Shown: positions 1 to 9,796 of the stretch, in pieces
Layout of the letters: every line of letters starts with the position of its first letter
How positions within the stretch are numbered: the first letter of the stretch is position 1
NCBI RefSeq assembly: GCF_900095195.1
Contig: NZ_LT606950.1
Span: 426,164-458,163 of the forward strand
Direction: 5' to 3'
From: Polynucleobacter necessarius
GTDB taxonomy: Bacteria; Pseudomonadota; Gammaproteobacteria; Burkholderiales; Burkholderiaceae
DNA length: 32,000 nt
Program-made: the position numbers and the translations under genes
The notes under the pieces: generated by a model
The model's input: only the letters and a program-made list of their open reading frames with translations
What the model was told of the DNA's origin: nothing
Database searches by the model: none

Positions 1-153
1 AGCGCCGACATAATGAACCTCGTGACCACGCATCCGCTGAAAGCGCACCCAAATATCGGTCTGGATATATTCCACTAAATGACCAATATGGATCTGGCCA
101 TTGGCGTAGGGCAGGGCGGAAGTAACGAGGAGGCGACGCTGAGGGTTGCTCAT
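1..153 (-). CDS. metG: Methionyl-tRNA synthetase, N-terminal fragment (the gene continues beyond the window start)
   Basis: Reverse-strand translation from the ATG at 151-153 reads [51 protein letters not shown]. This is the class I aaRS HIGH-motif N-terminus typical of MetRS. Confidence 0.85.
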   Translation of the reverse strand, partial: MSNPQRRLLVTSALPYANGQIHIGHLVEYIQTDIWVRFQRMRGHEVHYVGA

Positions 154-261
154 GTAAAGCGGTCTTTAATCAGAAATATCAGGGTTTAATTCGTATCTAA
201 ACTGCCATTATGCGGGTTCGAGCGGTAATTTTAGTCTGCGGTTAAAGTAAAAGCCCAAATC

Positions 262-1080
262 GTGTCGATAAGTCTCGATAAAATTGAGTTAACCCTTTCC
301 TCCTTTAGAAGGCGCCTCATATCAAAGCTAACGCATATCCCTGGCGAACGCCCTTTAACTATTTATCTTGATAAGCGTGAAGTCGTCACATTGATGACTT
401 TGGGGAGTGCTCCTGAGGCTCTGGTCTTAGGTTATCTCCGGAACCAGCGTCTAGTGGAGTCGCGGGAGGATATTGAAAGCATTCAGGTTGACTGGGAGAC
501 AGATTCTGCTGCCGTAAAGACACGTCGAAAGACGGTAGATATTGATGCTTTAACGAGCAAGCGGGTGGTCACCACGGGGTGTGGTCAGGGCACGATGTTT
601 GGTGGCCCGATGGAGGAGATGTCCGAGATTCGTTTGCCAGATGGCCCCAAGCTAAGCCAAGAGGCCATCATTACTTTAGTGGATGCCATTCGTGCGCATG
701 ACACGATCTATAAGAAATCTGGCTCAGTTCATGCATGCGCCGTGTTTGAGCGCGAGGGTGAGCATGGTGTGAAGTTGCTCCACTTGATTGAGGATGTTGG
801 GCGCCACAATGCTGTGGACTCGATCTCGGGCCTCATGTGGCTTGCAAATCGGCCTGGCAAAGAGCTGATCTTCACCACCACGGGGCGACTTACTTCCGAG
901 ATGGTGATTAAGGGTGCGCAGATGGGTATTCCATTCCTACTCACCCGCTCGGGCGTGACCCTGATGGGCTTAGAGTTAGCGCGTAAAACGAACCTCACCA
1001 TCCTCTCCAGCTGCTCGGGCAAACATTTCGAGATCTACAACGCTCCTGAGCGGGTGGTTTTTACCCCCAACCCCACATAA
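262..1080 (+). CDS. fdhD: Formate dehydrogenase accessory sulfurtransferase FdhD
   Basis: 272-aa ORF with a GTG start. FdhD-type motifs are present: [28 protein letters not shown] and [25 protein letters not shown]. Confidence 0.85.
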   Translation: MSISLDKIELTLSSFRRRLISKLTHIPGERPLTIYLDKREVVTLMTLGSAPEALVLGYLRNQRLVESREDIESIQVDWETDSAAVKTRRKTVDIDALTSKRVVTTGCGQGTMFGGPMEEMSEIRLPDGPKLSQEAIITLVDAIRAHDTIYKKSGSVHACAVFEREGEHGVKLLHLIEDVGRHNAVDSISGLMWLANRPGKELIFTTTGRLTSEMVIKGAQMGIPFLLTRSGVTLMGLELARKTNLTILSSCSGKHFEIYNAPERVVFTPNPT

Positions 1081-1120
1081 ATTCATGGGCAGTTGGGGTC
1101 TAAGGTTTTACAATTCGCCC

Positions 1121-1687
1121 ATGACTATTAAATCTGACCACTGGATCCGCCGCATGGGCGAGCAAGGCATGATCAGCCCATTCAAACCTGGGCAAATTCG
1201 CCAAGATGCTGCCGGCAACAAAATCGTGAGCTATGGCACTTCAAGCTACGGCTATGACATTCGTTGCGCAGACGAATTCAAAATCTTCACTAATATCAAC
1301 AGCACGATTGTGGACCCTAAGAATTTTGATGAGCAATCGTTTGTGGATTTCAAGGGCGATGTTTGTATCATTCCGCCAAACTCATTTGCGCTGGCAAGAA
1401 CGATGGAATATTTCAAGATTCCACGGAATGTATTAACAGTCTGCGTTGGTAAGAGCACGTATGCGCGTTGCGGCATCATTGTGAACGTGACCCCATTTGA
1501 ACCAGAATGGGAAGGTTATGTAACCCTAGAGTTTTCTAACACAACACCATTGCCTGCAAAAATTTACGCAGGTGAGGGTTGTGCTCAAGTTCTCTTCTTT
1601 GAGAGCGATGAGGTGTGTGGCACCTCTTACAAAGATCGCGGTGGCAAGTATCAAGGCCAACGAGGCGTCACTCTACCCAAGACCTAA
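1121..1687 (+). CDS. dcd: dCTP deaminase
   Basis: The ORF is open from 1085, but the family-typical N-terminus [12 protein letters not shown] starts at ATG 1121. The 188-aa product has [15 protein letters not shown] and [34 protein letters not shown], as expected for Dcd. Confidence 0.9.
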   Translation: MTIKSDHWIRRMGEQGMISPFKPGQIRQDAAGNKIVSYGTSSYGYDIRCADEFKIFTNINSTIVDPKNFDEQSFVDFKGDVCIIPPNSFALARTMEYFKIPRNVLTVCVGKSTYARCGIIVNVTPFEPEWEGYVTLEFSNTTPLPAKIYAGEGCAQVLFFESDEVCGTSYKDRGGKYQGQRGVTLPKT

Positions 1688-1753
1688 GACGTGCGGTAGT
1701 GCGTAAGTTTCCGTTTAGTCACCGCCCAGTGCGGATTAATTTAGACGAGTACC

Positions 1754-1785
1754 GCGCTACCCTCTCGCGCACGGAGAGGGCGCGC
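1754..1785. other. GC-rich hairpin about 70 nt downstream of dcd, with no U-tract
   Basis: ccctctc (1760-1766) pairs with gagaggg (1774-1780). The flanking gcgc/gcgc segments can extend the stem. No T-run follows, so it is not a canonical intrinsic terminator. Confidence 0.3.
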
Positions 1786-2124
1786 CCAGAAAACAGTTTC
1801 TACCATTGGTTGCTTGGCACTAGTTGGGTAAAATTCTTGTTGTTGGTGGTACAATGCACAGTGTCGATGAGCTGTGTCCCTTAAGGAGTACCTAGAAATA
1901 CTGCCGTTGAACAACAGTGGCATCTCCTGATCACCTTTACGGGCTACCACGAGAGTCTCGTAAACCAGGTTTATGCCCGACATGTTTACTTACCAAGAGA
2001 TGTACAGCAAAATGCATTTTTTGTTAAAATTGTCACAGTCCCGCTAGATGGCGGCCGTATTATTGTTAGCCAATTTTGATAAGTGGATTCCGAGTCCATC
2101 GGATAAGCAAGCAGGGGAGTTTTT

Positions 2125-4374
2125 ATGAAATTTCGTTTTCCGATCGTCATTATTGATGAAGACTTCCGCTCCGAGAATATTTCGGGTTCCGGTATTCGTG
2201 ACCTTGCAGAGGCTATTGAAAACGAAGGCATGGAAGTTATCGGCCTAACGAGCTATGGCGACTTAACGTCATTTGCGCAACAGGCTTCCCGTGCATCCAC
2301 TTTTATTGTCTCGATAGATGATGAGGAGTTTGTGTCGGACTCTGAAGATCATGATCTGCCAGCATTAAATAACTTGCGTGCATTTATTACAGAAGTGCGT
2401 AAACGCAATGAGGATATTCCAATCTTCTTATATGGCGAGACCCGCACCTCACGTCATATGCCGAATGACATATTGCGCGAATTGCATGGCTTCATTCATA
2501 TGAATGAAGACACTCCAGAATTTGTTGCACGTCACATTATTCGTGAAGCGAAGGTCTATCTGGATTCTTTGGCACCACCATTCTTCCGTGCGTTAACCAA
2601 TTACGCATCAGAGGGTTCGTATTCATGGCATTGCCCCGGGCACTCGGGGGGCGTAGCATTCTTAAAGAGCCCAGTGGGTCGTATGTTCCACCAATTTTTT
2701 GGGGAGAACATGTTGCGGGCCGACGTTTGTAATGCCGTGGAAGAATTAGGCCAGCTGCTAGATCATACTGGCCCAGTATTGCAGAGTGAGCGCAATGCAG
2801 CGCGAATATTCAATGCTGATCATTTATTCTTTGTTACCAATGGCACATCGACCTCTAATAAGATTGTCTGGCACTCGACTGTGGCTCCTGGCGATGTCGT
2901 TTTGGTTGACCGGAACTGCCACAAATCGGTAATCCATTCCATTACGATGATGGGCGCCATCCCCATTTTCTTGATGCCAACCCGCAATCACCTCGGTATC
3001 ATTGGTCCGATTCCAAAAGAAGAATTTGAGTGGAAGAACATTAAAAAGAAGATTGATGCCAACCCATTTATTAAGAATAAGGATGTGGTTCCGCGCGTTA
3101 TGACTCTGACGCAAAGCACCTATGACGGAATTGTCTACAACGTCGAGATGATCAAAGAAATGCTCGATGGCAGGGTGGACTCACTACACTTTGATGAGGC
3201 TTGGCTACCCCATGCCGCATTCCATCCGTTTTATAAAGATATGCATGCGATTGGGTCTGACCGCAAGCGCACCAAGAAGAGTTTGATGTTTGCGACCCAG
3301 TCGACCCACAAATTATTGGCGGGCCTATCTCAAGCATCTCAAGTATTGGTGCAAGATGCGGAAGAAACAAAATTGGATCGCGATTGCTTCAATGAAGCTT
3401 ACTTGATGCATACCTCAACCAGCCCGCAGTACTCAATCATTGCCTCTTGCGACGTATCGGCCGCCATGATGGAATCCCCTGGCGGAACGACATTGGTTGA
3501 AGAATCCATTGCAGAAGCAATGGATTTTCGCCGTGCCATGCGCGAAGTGGGTGATAAGTTTGGCGCGGATTGGTGGTTTAAGGTTTGGGGTCCAGATCAT
3601 TTAGCGGAAGAGGGCATCGGTGAGCGCTCGGATTGGGTATTGGAGCCTAATGCAAGTTGGCACGACTTTGGCAAGCTCGCCAAAGATTTCAACATGCTGG
3701 ATCCGATCAAGGCGACGATTGTTACTCCAGGCCTGGATATTGAAGGTAACTTTGGTTCGATGGGGATACCTGCCAGCATCGTGACGAAATACTTGGCTGA
3801 GCACGGCGTGATTGTGGAGAAATGCGGTCTGTATTCGTTCTTTATCATGTTCACGATTGGTATTACCAAGGGTCGTTGGAATACGCTGGTGACCGAGTTA
3901 CAACAATTCAAAGATCACTTTGATAAAAATGCTCCTCTATGGAAAGTTCTGCCAGAGTTTGTTGCAAAACATCCTCGATATGAGCGCGTTGGCCTCAAAG
4001 ATATTTGCCAACAGATTCATGAATTCTATAAGAGTCGCGATGTGGCACGCATGACAACCGAAATGTATACCTCCGATATGGAGCCAGCGATGATGCCATC
4101 AGATGCTTGGGCGACGATGGCACACAAGGAAGTTGAGCGCGTACCGTTAGATCAGTTGGATGGCCGTGTAACCGCAATGTTGGTTACGCCATATCCTCCA
4201 GGTATTCCGCTGTTGATTCCAGGCGAGCGTTTTAATAAGCGAATCGTGGATTATCTCTACTTTGCAAGAGACTTTAATGAAAAGTTCCCTGGCTTTGAGA
4301 CCGATATTCATGGATTGGTAAAAGGCGAGGTGGATGGACGTAGTGAATACTATGTCGACTGCGTCAAGCAGTAA
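2125..4374 (+). CDS. Orn/Lys/Arg decarboxylase, large biodegradative-type fold-I PLP enzyme (AdiA/LdcC/SpeF/LdcA family)
   Basis: 749-aa ORF with an N-terminal wing-like domain and a PLP core. The PLP-lysine motif is FATQSTHKLLAGLSQAS, and the family-typical C-terminus is VTPYPPGIPLLIPGERF. Substrate specificity cannot be read from the sequence alone. Confidence 0.85.
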   Translation: MKFRFPIVIIDEDFRSENISGSGIRDLAEAIENEGMEVIGLTSYGDLTSFAQQASRASTFIVSIDDEEFVSDSEDHDLPALNNLRAFITEVRKRNEDIPIFLYGETRTSRHMPNDILRELHGFIHMNEDTPEFVARHIIREAKVYLDSLAPPFFRALTNYASEGSYSWHCPGHSGGVAFLKSPVGRMFHQFFGENMLRADVCNAVEELGQLLDHTGPVLQSERNAARIFNADHLFFVTNGTSTSNKIVWHSTVAPGDVVLVDRNCHKSVIHSITMMGAIPIFLMPTRNHLGIIGPIPKEEFEWKNIKKKIDANPFIKNKDVVPRVMTLTQSTYDGIVYNVEMIKEMLDGRVDSLHFDEAWLPHAAFHPFYKDMHAIGSDRKRTKKSLMFATQSTHKLLAGLSQASQVLVQDAEETKLDRDCFNEAYLMHTSTSPQYSIIASCDVSAAMMESPGGTTLVEESIAEAMDFRRAMREVGDKFGADWWFKVWGPDHLAEEGIGERSDWVLEPNASWHDFGKLAKDFNMLDPIKATIVTPGLDIEGNFGSMGIPASIVTKYLAEHGVIVEKCGLYSFFIMFTIGITKGRWNTLVTELQQFKDHFDKNAPLWKVLPEFVAKHPRYERVGLKDICQQIHEFYKSRDVARMTTEMYTSDMEPAMMPSDAWATMAHKEVERVPLDQLDGRVTAMLVTPYPPGIPLLIPGERFNKRIVDYLYFARDFNEKFPGFETDIHGLVKGEVDGRSEYYVDCVKQ

Positions 4375-4407
4375 CCCGCTATTGGTCTAAGCTGTTACTG
4401 CTGCATC

Positions 4408-4434
4408 AAAGCCCCGAGTTTCGGGGCTTTTTAA
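4408..4434. terminator. Bidirectional intrinsic terminator between the convergent decarboxylase and dctM genes
   Basis: The sequence is aaa-gccccga-gtt-tcggggc-ttttt. It forms a 7-bp GC stem flanked by an A-run upstream and a T-run downstream. Confidence 0.7.
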
Positions 4435-5960
4435 TTAGCAGGCTTATCCAATTGGAAGGTCACTGGCGCATCTTCATCAACCTTGCTTGCAGGTGATTCC
4501 GATTTACATTCTTCACTGATGAAATTGAAATCCTGACTCTGCACAACGGCTGCAGGCTTATCTAGGAAGGTGGTCACGAGTGCTGGGAATGCCATAACCA
4601 CGGCAACCATAACCAGTTGTAGAACAACCCAAGGCAAGGCGCCCCAATAGATATCGCTACTTTTCACCTCTTTTGGCGCAACCCCTCTTAAGTAAAACAG
4701 GGCAAAACCAAATGGTGGATGCATAAATGAAGTTTGCATGTTGACGCAAAGCATTACCCCAAACCAAACCAGTGCTGCGCTTGCTGCAGCTTGTGGATTG
4801 CCGTTCATCGACTCTAGTAACACCGGTGAGAGCAATTTGACCGCTACAGGAGCGAGCATTGGCACAACAATGAAAGCAACTTCAAAAAAGTCTAAAAAGA
4901 ATGCCAAGAAAAAGACAAATAAATTCACCACAATTAAGAAGCCTACCCAGCCGCCTGGCAGACTTGAGAACAGTTCCTCTACCCAACGACCACCATCAAC
5001 GCCTTGAAAGACAACGGAAAAGCATGTGGAGCCAATTAAGATAAATACCACCATTGCCGTAATACGCATAGTGTTTTGGTAAGCCTCCTGAATCAACCCT
5101 TTGAGGTTTGGAATGCTAGCCTTTCTCAGCCAGGCGAGTAATAAGGCACCCATCGCACCCATCGCACCTGATTCGGTGGGGGTGGCGATACCGGTCATGA
5201 TGGTGCCAAGCACTAAGAAGATCAGCACTGCTGACGGAACAATTCCCAGTAAGCACTGTTGCCATAAAGCCCAGCCTCTCAGTATTAAGTCGCCCTCAGG
5301 AACGGGCGGTAAATCGTTTGGCCGAATACGGGACAGGAAAAAGGTGTACAGCGCAAAGAGAGCAATCTGCAGAATGGATGGACCCCAAGCGCCCAGATAC
5401 ATGCTGCCTACATCCGCACTACCGCTTTGAGTTTTGAGTTGGTCTGCGAGAACAATTAATACTAACGATGGCGGCACCAATTGCGTAATGGTGCCTGAGG
5501 CCGCTAATACGCCGGTAGCGTAGCGCATGTTATAGCCGTAGCGCATCATGACGGGGAGCGAGATCATCGCCATAGCAATAACCTGGGCTGCTACCGTTCC
5601 CGTGATGGCACCCAAAATAAAGCCCACAATAATCACGGAGTAACCCAGGCCGCCGCGTACTCGCCCGAAGAGTTGACCCATGGAGTCCAGCATCTCTTCG
5701 GCTAGACCGCAACGCTCCAGAATGGCGCCCATAAAGGTAAAGAATGGAATAGCTAACAACAAATCGTTGGCGAGTACGCTCCCAAAAATGCGTTGCGGGA
5801 TGGCTTGCAAAAATGCCATGCCAAAAAAGCCTTCACTGATCGCAATCGCGGAGAAAAACAATCCTGCTGCCATTAAGGAGAACGCGACTGGGAAGCCAAT
5901 CAACATAAAGATGACTAAGCCGCCAAACATGAAAGGGGGCATCCACTCCAATGGAATCAT
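4431..5960 (-). CDS. dctM: TRAP transporter large permease (DctM family, long form)
   Basis: 509-aa polytopic membrane ORF with DctM-like segments (AIPFFTFMGAILERCGLAEEM, GTVAAQVIAMAMISLPVM, FMHPPFGFALFYLRG). Its start overlaps the dctQ stop in an ATGA arrangement at 5957-5960. Confidence 0.85.
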   Translation of the reverse strand: MIPLEWMPPFMFGGLVIFMLIGFPVAFSLMAAGLFFSAIAISEGFFGMAFLQAIPQRIFGSVLANDLLLAIPFFTFMGAILERCGLAEEMLDSMGQLFGRVRGGLGYSVIIVGFILGAITGTVAAQVIAMAMISLPVMMRYGYNMRYATGVLAASGTITQLVPPSLVLIVLADQLKTQSGSADVGSMYLGAWGPSILQIALFALYTFFLSRIRPNDLPPVPEGDLILRGWALWQQCLLGIVPSAVLIFLVLGTIMTGIATPTESGAMGAMGALLLAWLRKASIPNLKGLIQEAYQNTMRITAMVVFILIGSTCFSVVFQGVDGGRWVEELFSSLPGGWVGFLIVVNLFVFFLAFFLDFFEVAFIVVPMLAPVAVKLLSPVLLESMNGNPQAAASAALVWFGVMLCVNMQTSFMHPPFGFALFYLRGVAPKEVKSSDIYWGALPWVVLQLVMVAVVMAFPALVTTFLDKPAAVVQSQDFNFISEECKSESPASKVDEDAPVTFQLDKPAN

Positions 5961-6508
5961 TGCATTGGCTTTTCGTAATGGAGATCTTCAGTGGGCAGGG
6001 TAGTTTCTCCGTTGAGTGCCCCGATTCGTTTGATGATTTCTGATAGACCCTGAAGGCTCAACATAAAGAAGCCAAACGGTACCACAAACTTAATTGGATA
6101 GCGAGCTAAGCCCCCTGAATTGAGGGAGCCCTCTGCCATCAACCATGAGAGATAAAAGAGGCTGGTCCAGGATAAATAGGTAAACAGACTGCAAGCGGGC
6201 ATCAAAAAGCAAGCTAGACCAAAGAGATCAACCCAAATGCGACCTCGATCCGATAAGTCTGAGTAGATTAAATCCACGCGCACGTGTTCATTGCGCTTGA
6301 GGGTATAGGAAGCGCCCAGCATGACTGCAGCGCTAAATAGATACCATTGAAGTTCTAGTGGCCAGTTATTGCTCATGTCTAGACCGTAACGCAGAATGGC
6401 ATTAACAGCAGAGACTACGCAAGAGAGCAAAATCATGATGCTGGCAGCACTGCCCAGCAGTTGATTTACTCGGTCAATGCTCTCGGAGAGCTTGAACCAA
6501 AAACCCAT
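5957..6508 (-). CDS. dctQ: TRAP transporter small permease (DctQ family)
   Basis: The ORF is open to 6574, but that extension overlaps argH. The ATG at 6506-6508 (MGFWFKLSESIDRV...) gives a 183-aa four-helix membrane protein of DctQ size. It sits immediately upstream of dctM and is overlap-coupled to it. Confidence 0.75.
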   Translation of the reverse strand: MGFWFKLSESIDRVNQLLGSAASIMILLSCVVSAVNAILRYGLDMSNNWPLELQWYLFSAAVMLGASYTLKRNEHVRVDLIYSDLSDRGRIWVDLFGLACFLMPACSLFTYLSWTSLFYLSWLMAEGSLNSGGLARYPIKFVVPFGFFMLSLQGLSEIIKRIGALNGETTLPTEDLHYEKPMQ

Positions 6509-6509
6509 C

Positions 6510-7928
6510 TTAGAGGGCAGCGCGGCCCCGCTTAATGGCAGCGAGAACTTGTGAAGGGGCGGTACCGCCAGCATGTTGACGGGATTTCACAGAGCCATCG
6601 ACTGTGAGTAATGCAAATACATCGTCACCGATCAGCTCAGGGCGATTGTCAAGTCCGCAGGCAAAGCGCAATTCGGAGAGGCCGAGATCTGTGAGCATGC
6701 AGTTTCTGCCAACACAGGCTTTCACTGCATGGGCAACCGCTTCATGGGCGTTACGAAAGGCGAGACCTTTTTTGACTAAATAGTCTGCAAGATCGGTCGC
6801 AGTTGCAAACCCCTCTTCCGCCGCTGTTTTCATGACCTCGGCTTTCACTTCAATGTGAGGAACCATGTCAGCAAAAATGCGTAGGGTATCTTGTACGGTA
6901 TCGACCGCATCGAACAAGGGCTCTTTATCCTCTTGATTATCTTTGTTGTAAGCCAAGGGCTGACCCTTCATTAAGGCCAGTAATGAAATTAAGTCGCCAT
7001 AGACACGGCCAGTTTTGCCACGCGCTAGCTCAGGAACATCGGGGTTTTTTTTTTGCGGCATGATCGAGCTGCCCGTGCAAAAGCGATCTTGCAAATCAAT
7101 AAAACCAAAGCGTGGGCTTAGCCAAAGAATTAGCTCTTCGGAGAGGCGTGAAACATGCATCATCAAAATTGATGCAAACGCGCAAAATTCAATCGCAAAG
7201 TCACGATCAGAAACGGCATCTAAGGAGTTGTTGCAGATCCCATCAAATCCCAACGTCTTAGCAACTTGCTCGCGATCAATTGGATAGGTAGTGCCCGCAA
7301 GAGCGGCAGCGCCAAGGGGTAAACGATTAAAGCGCGTGCGCAAGTCCGCTAAACGACTAGCATCGCGACTAAACATTTCGTAATAGGCCATCAAGTGGTG
7401 GCCAAAGGTAATGGGTTGAGCAACCTGTAGGTGAGTATGACCCGGCATGATGGTCTGTGCATGTTTCTCGGCAAGATCCAAAAGTGCTGTGCGTAAAGTT
7501 TTTAATGTTGTTGCAATTTCATCAACACTGCCGCGCAACCAGAGACGTAAATCCGTCGCCACTTGATCGTTCCGCGAGCGTCCTGTATGCAAACGTTTGC
7601 CTGCGTCACCCACCAACTCCGTGAGACGTGCCTCGATATTCAGATGCACATCTTCCAATGCGAGTTGCCAGTGAAATTCACCAGCTTCGATTTCGCCCTT
7701 AATTTGAGCCATACCCTTTTCAATATCTGCTAAATCCTGGGCGCCGATGATTTTTTGGGCAGCTAGCATCTGGGCGTGAGCTAATGAGCCTTCAATATCG
7801 ACTAGGGCAAAGCGTTGATCAAAACCAATCGAGGCGGTATAGCGCTGGACGAGTTCGTCAACGGGTTCAGCAAAACGGGCTGACCAAGCTTGGGCCTTAT
7901 TGGCAAGGGAATTTTTAGATGAGCTCAT
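6510..7928 (-). CDS. argH: Argininosuccinate lyase
   Basis: The fumarate-lyase superfamily signature [13 protein letters not shown] is present, along with WSARF...YTASIGFD and [13 protein letters not shown]. The ORF opens at GTG 7934. The likely start is the ATG at 7926-7928. Confidence 0.93.
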   Translation of the reverse strand: MSSSKNSLANKAQAWSARFAEPVDELVQRYTASIGFDQRFALVDIEGSLAHAQMLAAQKIIGAQDLADIEKGMAQIKGEIEAGEFHWQLALEDVHLNIEARLTELVGDAGKRLHTGRSRNDQVATDLRLWLRGSVDEIATTLKTLRTALLDLAEKHAQTIMPGHTHLQVAQPITFGHHLMAYYEMFSRDASRLADLRTRFNRLPLGAAALAGTTYPIDREQVAKTLGFDGICNNSLDAVSDRDFAIEFCAFASILMMHVSRLSEELILWLSPRFGFIDLQDRFCTGSSIMPQKKNPDVPELARGKTGRVYGDLISLLALMKGQPLAYNKDNQEDKEPLFDAVDTVQDTLRIFADMVPHIEVKAEVMKTAAEEGFATATDLADYLVKKGLAFRNAHEAVAHAVKACVGRNCMLTDLGLSELRFACGLDNRPELIGDDVFALLTVDGSVKSRQHAGGTAPSQVLAAIKRGRAAL

Positions 7929-7971
7929 AAACACAGTATATTGGTGTAGGTCCTTGATTATTTTAAATGTT

Positions 7972-8949
7972 ATGTCCCAAACCCTGAATTCTTCATCCCC
8001 ATCCCCTGGTCTAGAAGCCCCTAAACGGCTTGTTATTGCCTCTAGAGAAAGTCGGCTAGCAATGTGGCAGGCCGAACATGTCCGGGATTGCCTGAAAAAG
8101 CTCTACCCAGGGTGTGATGTACAAATTTTGGGGATGACGACTCGGGGTGATCAAATTTTGGATCTCGCTCTCTCCAAGGTGGGTGGAAAAGGCCTTTTTG
8201 TTAAAGAATTGGAGACTGCGCTGGAAGACGGTCGCGCGGATTTGGCGGTGCATTCTCTAAAAGATGTACCTACGGTGATGCCAGAGGGTTTTGAATTGGC
8301 TTGTGTCATGGCCAGAGAGGATGCCCGTGATGCATTTGTTTCGAGTGATTATGCGAGTCTCGATGATTTGCCTAAAGGCGCAGTGGTGGGAACCTCGAGT
8401 TTGCGACGTGAGTCCGTTTTACGCGCTAGATTTCCTCATCTCGTGATTCAGCCATTACGTGGAAATTTGGATACGCGGATGAGTAAGCTGGATCGTGGCG
8501 AATACCAAGCCATCATTTTGGCTGCTGTTGGATTGAAGCGGCTGGGCTTGGAACCCCGTATTCGTGCTTATTTGCCATACGATCCGTACACGCCTGCTGC
8601 AGGACAGGGCGCGCTTGGTATCGAGACGCTGAGTCAGCATCCCAATATTAAGCAATGGTTATCTCCGCTAAATGACTTATCCACTTTATATGCAGTATCT
8701 GCTGAGCGCATGGTGTCACGTCAGTTAGGTGGCTCCTGTGAGGTGCCGCTAGCAGCCCATGCCACTTGGAATAAAGAGCATTTGCAAATTCAATCTTTTG
8801 TCGCTGGCACGGATGGCAAAGCCATCTGTTTAGCAAAATGGAGCGCTAAAGTCTGCTCTATTGCAGATGCGGAAGCATTGGGTTTAGAAGTCGCAAAGGA
8901 CCTCCTCGCACAGGGTGCTGCAGAGTTAATTCCCAAGATTGCTAAATAA
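7972..8949 (+). CDS. hemC: Porphobilinogen deaminase (hydroxymethylbilane synthase)
   Basis: [46 protein letters not shown] and GTSSLRR are all present. The family-typical start is ATG 7972. The ORF-track start at 7900 would overlap the divergent argH. Confidence 0.9.
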   Translation: MSQTLNSSSPSPGLEAPKRLVIASRESRLAMWQAEHVRDCLKKLYPGCDVQILGMTTRGDQILDLALSKVGGKGLFVKELETALEDGRADLAVHSLKDVPTVMPEGFELACVMAREDARDAFVSSDYASLDDLPKGAVVGTSSLRRESVLRARFPHLVIQPLRGNLDTRMSKLDRGEYQAIILAAVGLKRLGLEPRIRAYLPYDPYTPAAGQGALGIETLSQHPNIKQWLSPLNDLSTLYAVSAERMVSRQLGGSCEVPLAAHATWNKEHLQIQSFVAGTDGKAICLAKWSAKVCSIADAEALGLEVAKDLLAQGAAELIPKIAK

Positions 8950-8961
8950 CTATTACCAAAA

Positions 8962-9786
8962 ATGAGCATCAAAACCATTGTCATTACTCGGCCCAGCGGT
9001 CAGGCACGACAGTTCATTGAAGTACTGACAAAAGCGATTGAGCAAGCGGGTATTGCAAAACGAAGTTTTGCACAAATTTTGTCTTTACCCTTGTTAACGA
9101 TTATCCCTAAGGATGACGAGCAATTGGCCGATCACATTGCCACAGTTCTGAATCACGCTGACTTGGCAATTTTTGTTAGCCCCAACGCTATTGAATCGGT
9201 CATGCGTTTGTTAGAGCGGAATTGGCAAGATTTTTCTAAGAACATTATTCCTATTGGCGTTATGGGTTGTAGTAGCGCCATGGCATTGAAGAACCATGGG
9301 ATCGGTTTGGAAGGCTCTCCCACCCCAATCTATATGCCGAGTAGTAATGAACAATGGGATTCAGGGGGTCTGTGGACGGTGTTACAACGCTTGGATTGGG
9401 ATTGGACCACCAAGAAAGTCATCTTTTTTAAAGGTGACGGCGGCCGTGATTGGCTAGCAGATACGATCAAGAAAGCGGGCGCTGCTGTAGAGGCTATTTT
9501 GATCTATACGCGAATGCCATTAGATGTAGCGAATCCTGCCTGGCTCGCTGTACGAGAAATGGATATTTCTAGATCACTCTGGGTGCTCACATCATCCGAA
9601 GCAGTGCGTTATCTCGGTCAAGTTACCAAGGATGAATTGCCGCAAGGTTTACAACATGCCAGTGCGCTATGTCCGCATCACAATATTGCTGATGCTGCGC
9701 GGGCAATAGGTTTTGGTGAAGTATTTACTTCGGAGCCAGGAGATGAAGCGCTCATTAAGGCTGCACTTGCTTGGCTGACAATTTGA
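8962..9786 (+). CDS. hemD: Uroporphyrinogen-III synthase
   Basis: 274-aa ORF located 12 nt after hemC, the conserved hemCD order. It has a HemD-like N-terminus (IVITRPSGQA...) and a two-lobed length. Sequence conservation in this family is weak. Confidence 0.8.
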   Translation: MSIKTIVITRPSGQARQFIEVLTKAIEQAGIAKRSFAQILSLPLLTIIPKDDEQLADHIATVLNHADLAIFVSPNAIESVMRLLERNWQDFSKNIIPIGVMGCSSAMALKNHGIGLEGSPTPIYMPSSNEQWDSGGLWTVLQRLDWDWTTKKVIFFKGDGGRDWLADTIKKAGAAVEAILIYTRMPLDVANPAWLAVREMDISRSLWVLTSSEAVRYLGQVTKDELPQGLQHASALCPHHNIADAARAIGFGEVFTSEPGDEALIKAALAWLTI

Positions 9787-9796
9787 CGTTGAGTAT

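Noticed and set aside
1981-2046. 21-codon ORF (MFTYQEMYSKMHFLLKLSQSR) upstream of the decarboxylase as a possible leader peptide
   Set aside because: It has no Shine-Dalgarno sequence and no resemblance to known decarboxylase leader peptides, and I cannot test conservation. It is not supportable from the sequence alone.
4738-5430. Antisense ORFs inside dctM (89 and 109 aa), and similar shadow ORFs inside fdhD, the decarboxylase, argH, hemC, pepN, the cph genes and the ABC gene
   Set aside because: They have no recognisable motifs. They are fully embedded antisense or out of frame within strongly supported genes. Their lengths are consistent with chance in long CDSs.
6509-6574. Longer dctQ start overlapping argH, and similarly the hemC start at 7900 overlapping the argH 5' end
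   Set aside because: The internal ATGs (6506-6508 and 7972) give family-typical N-termini and remove the 60-70-nt overlaps with neighbouring genes.
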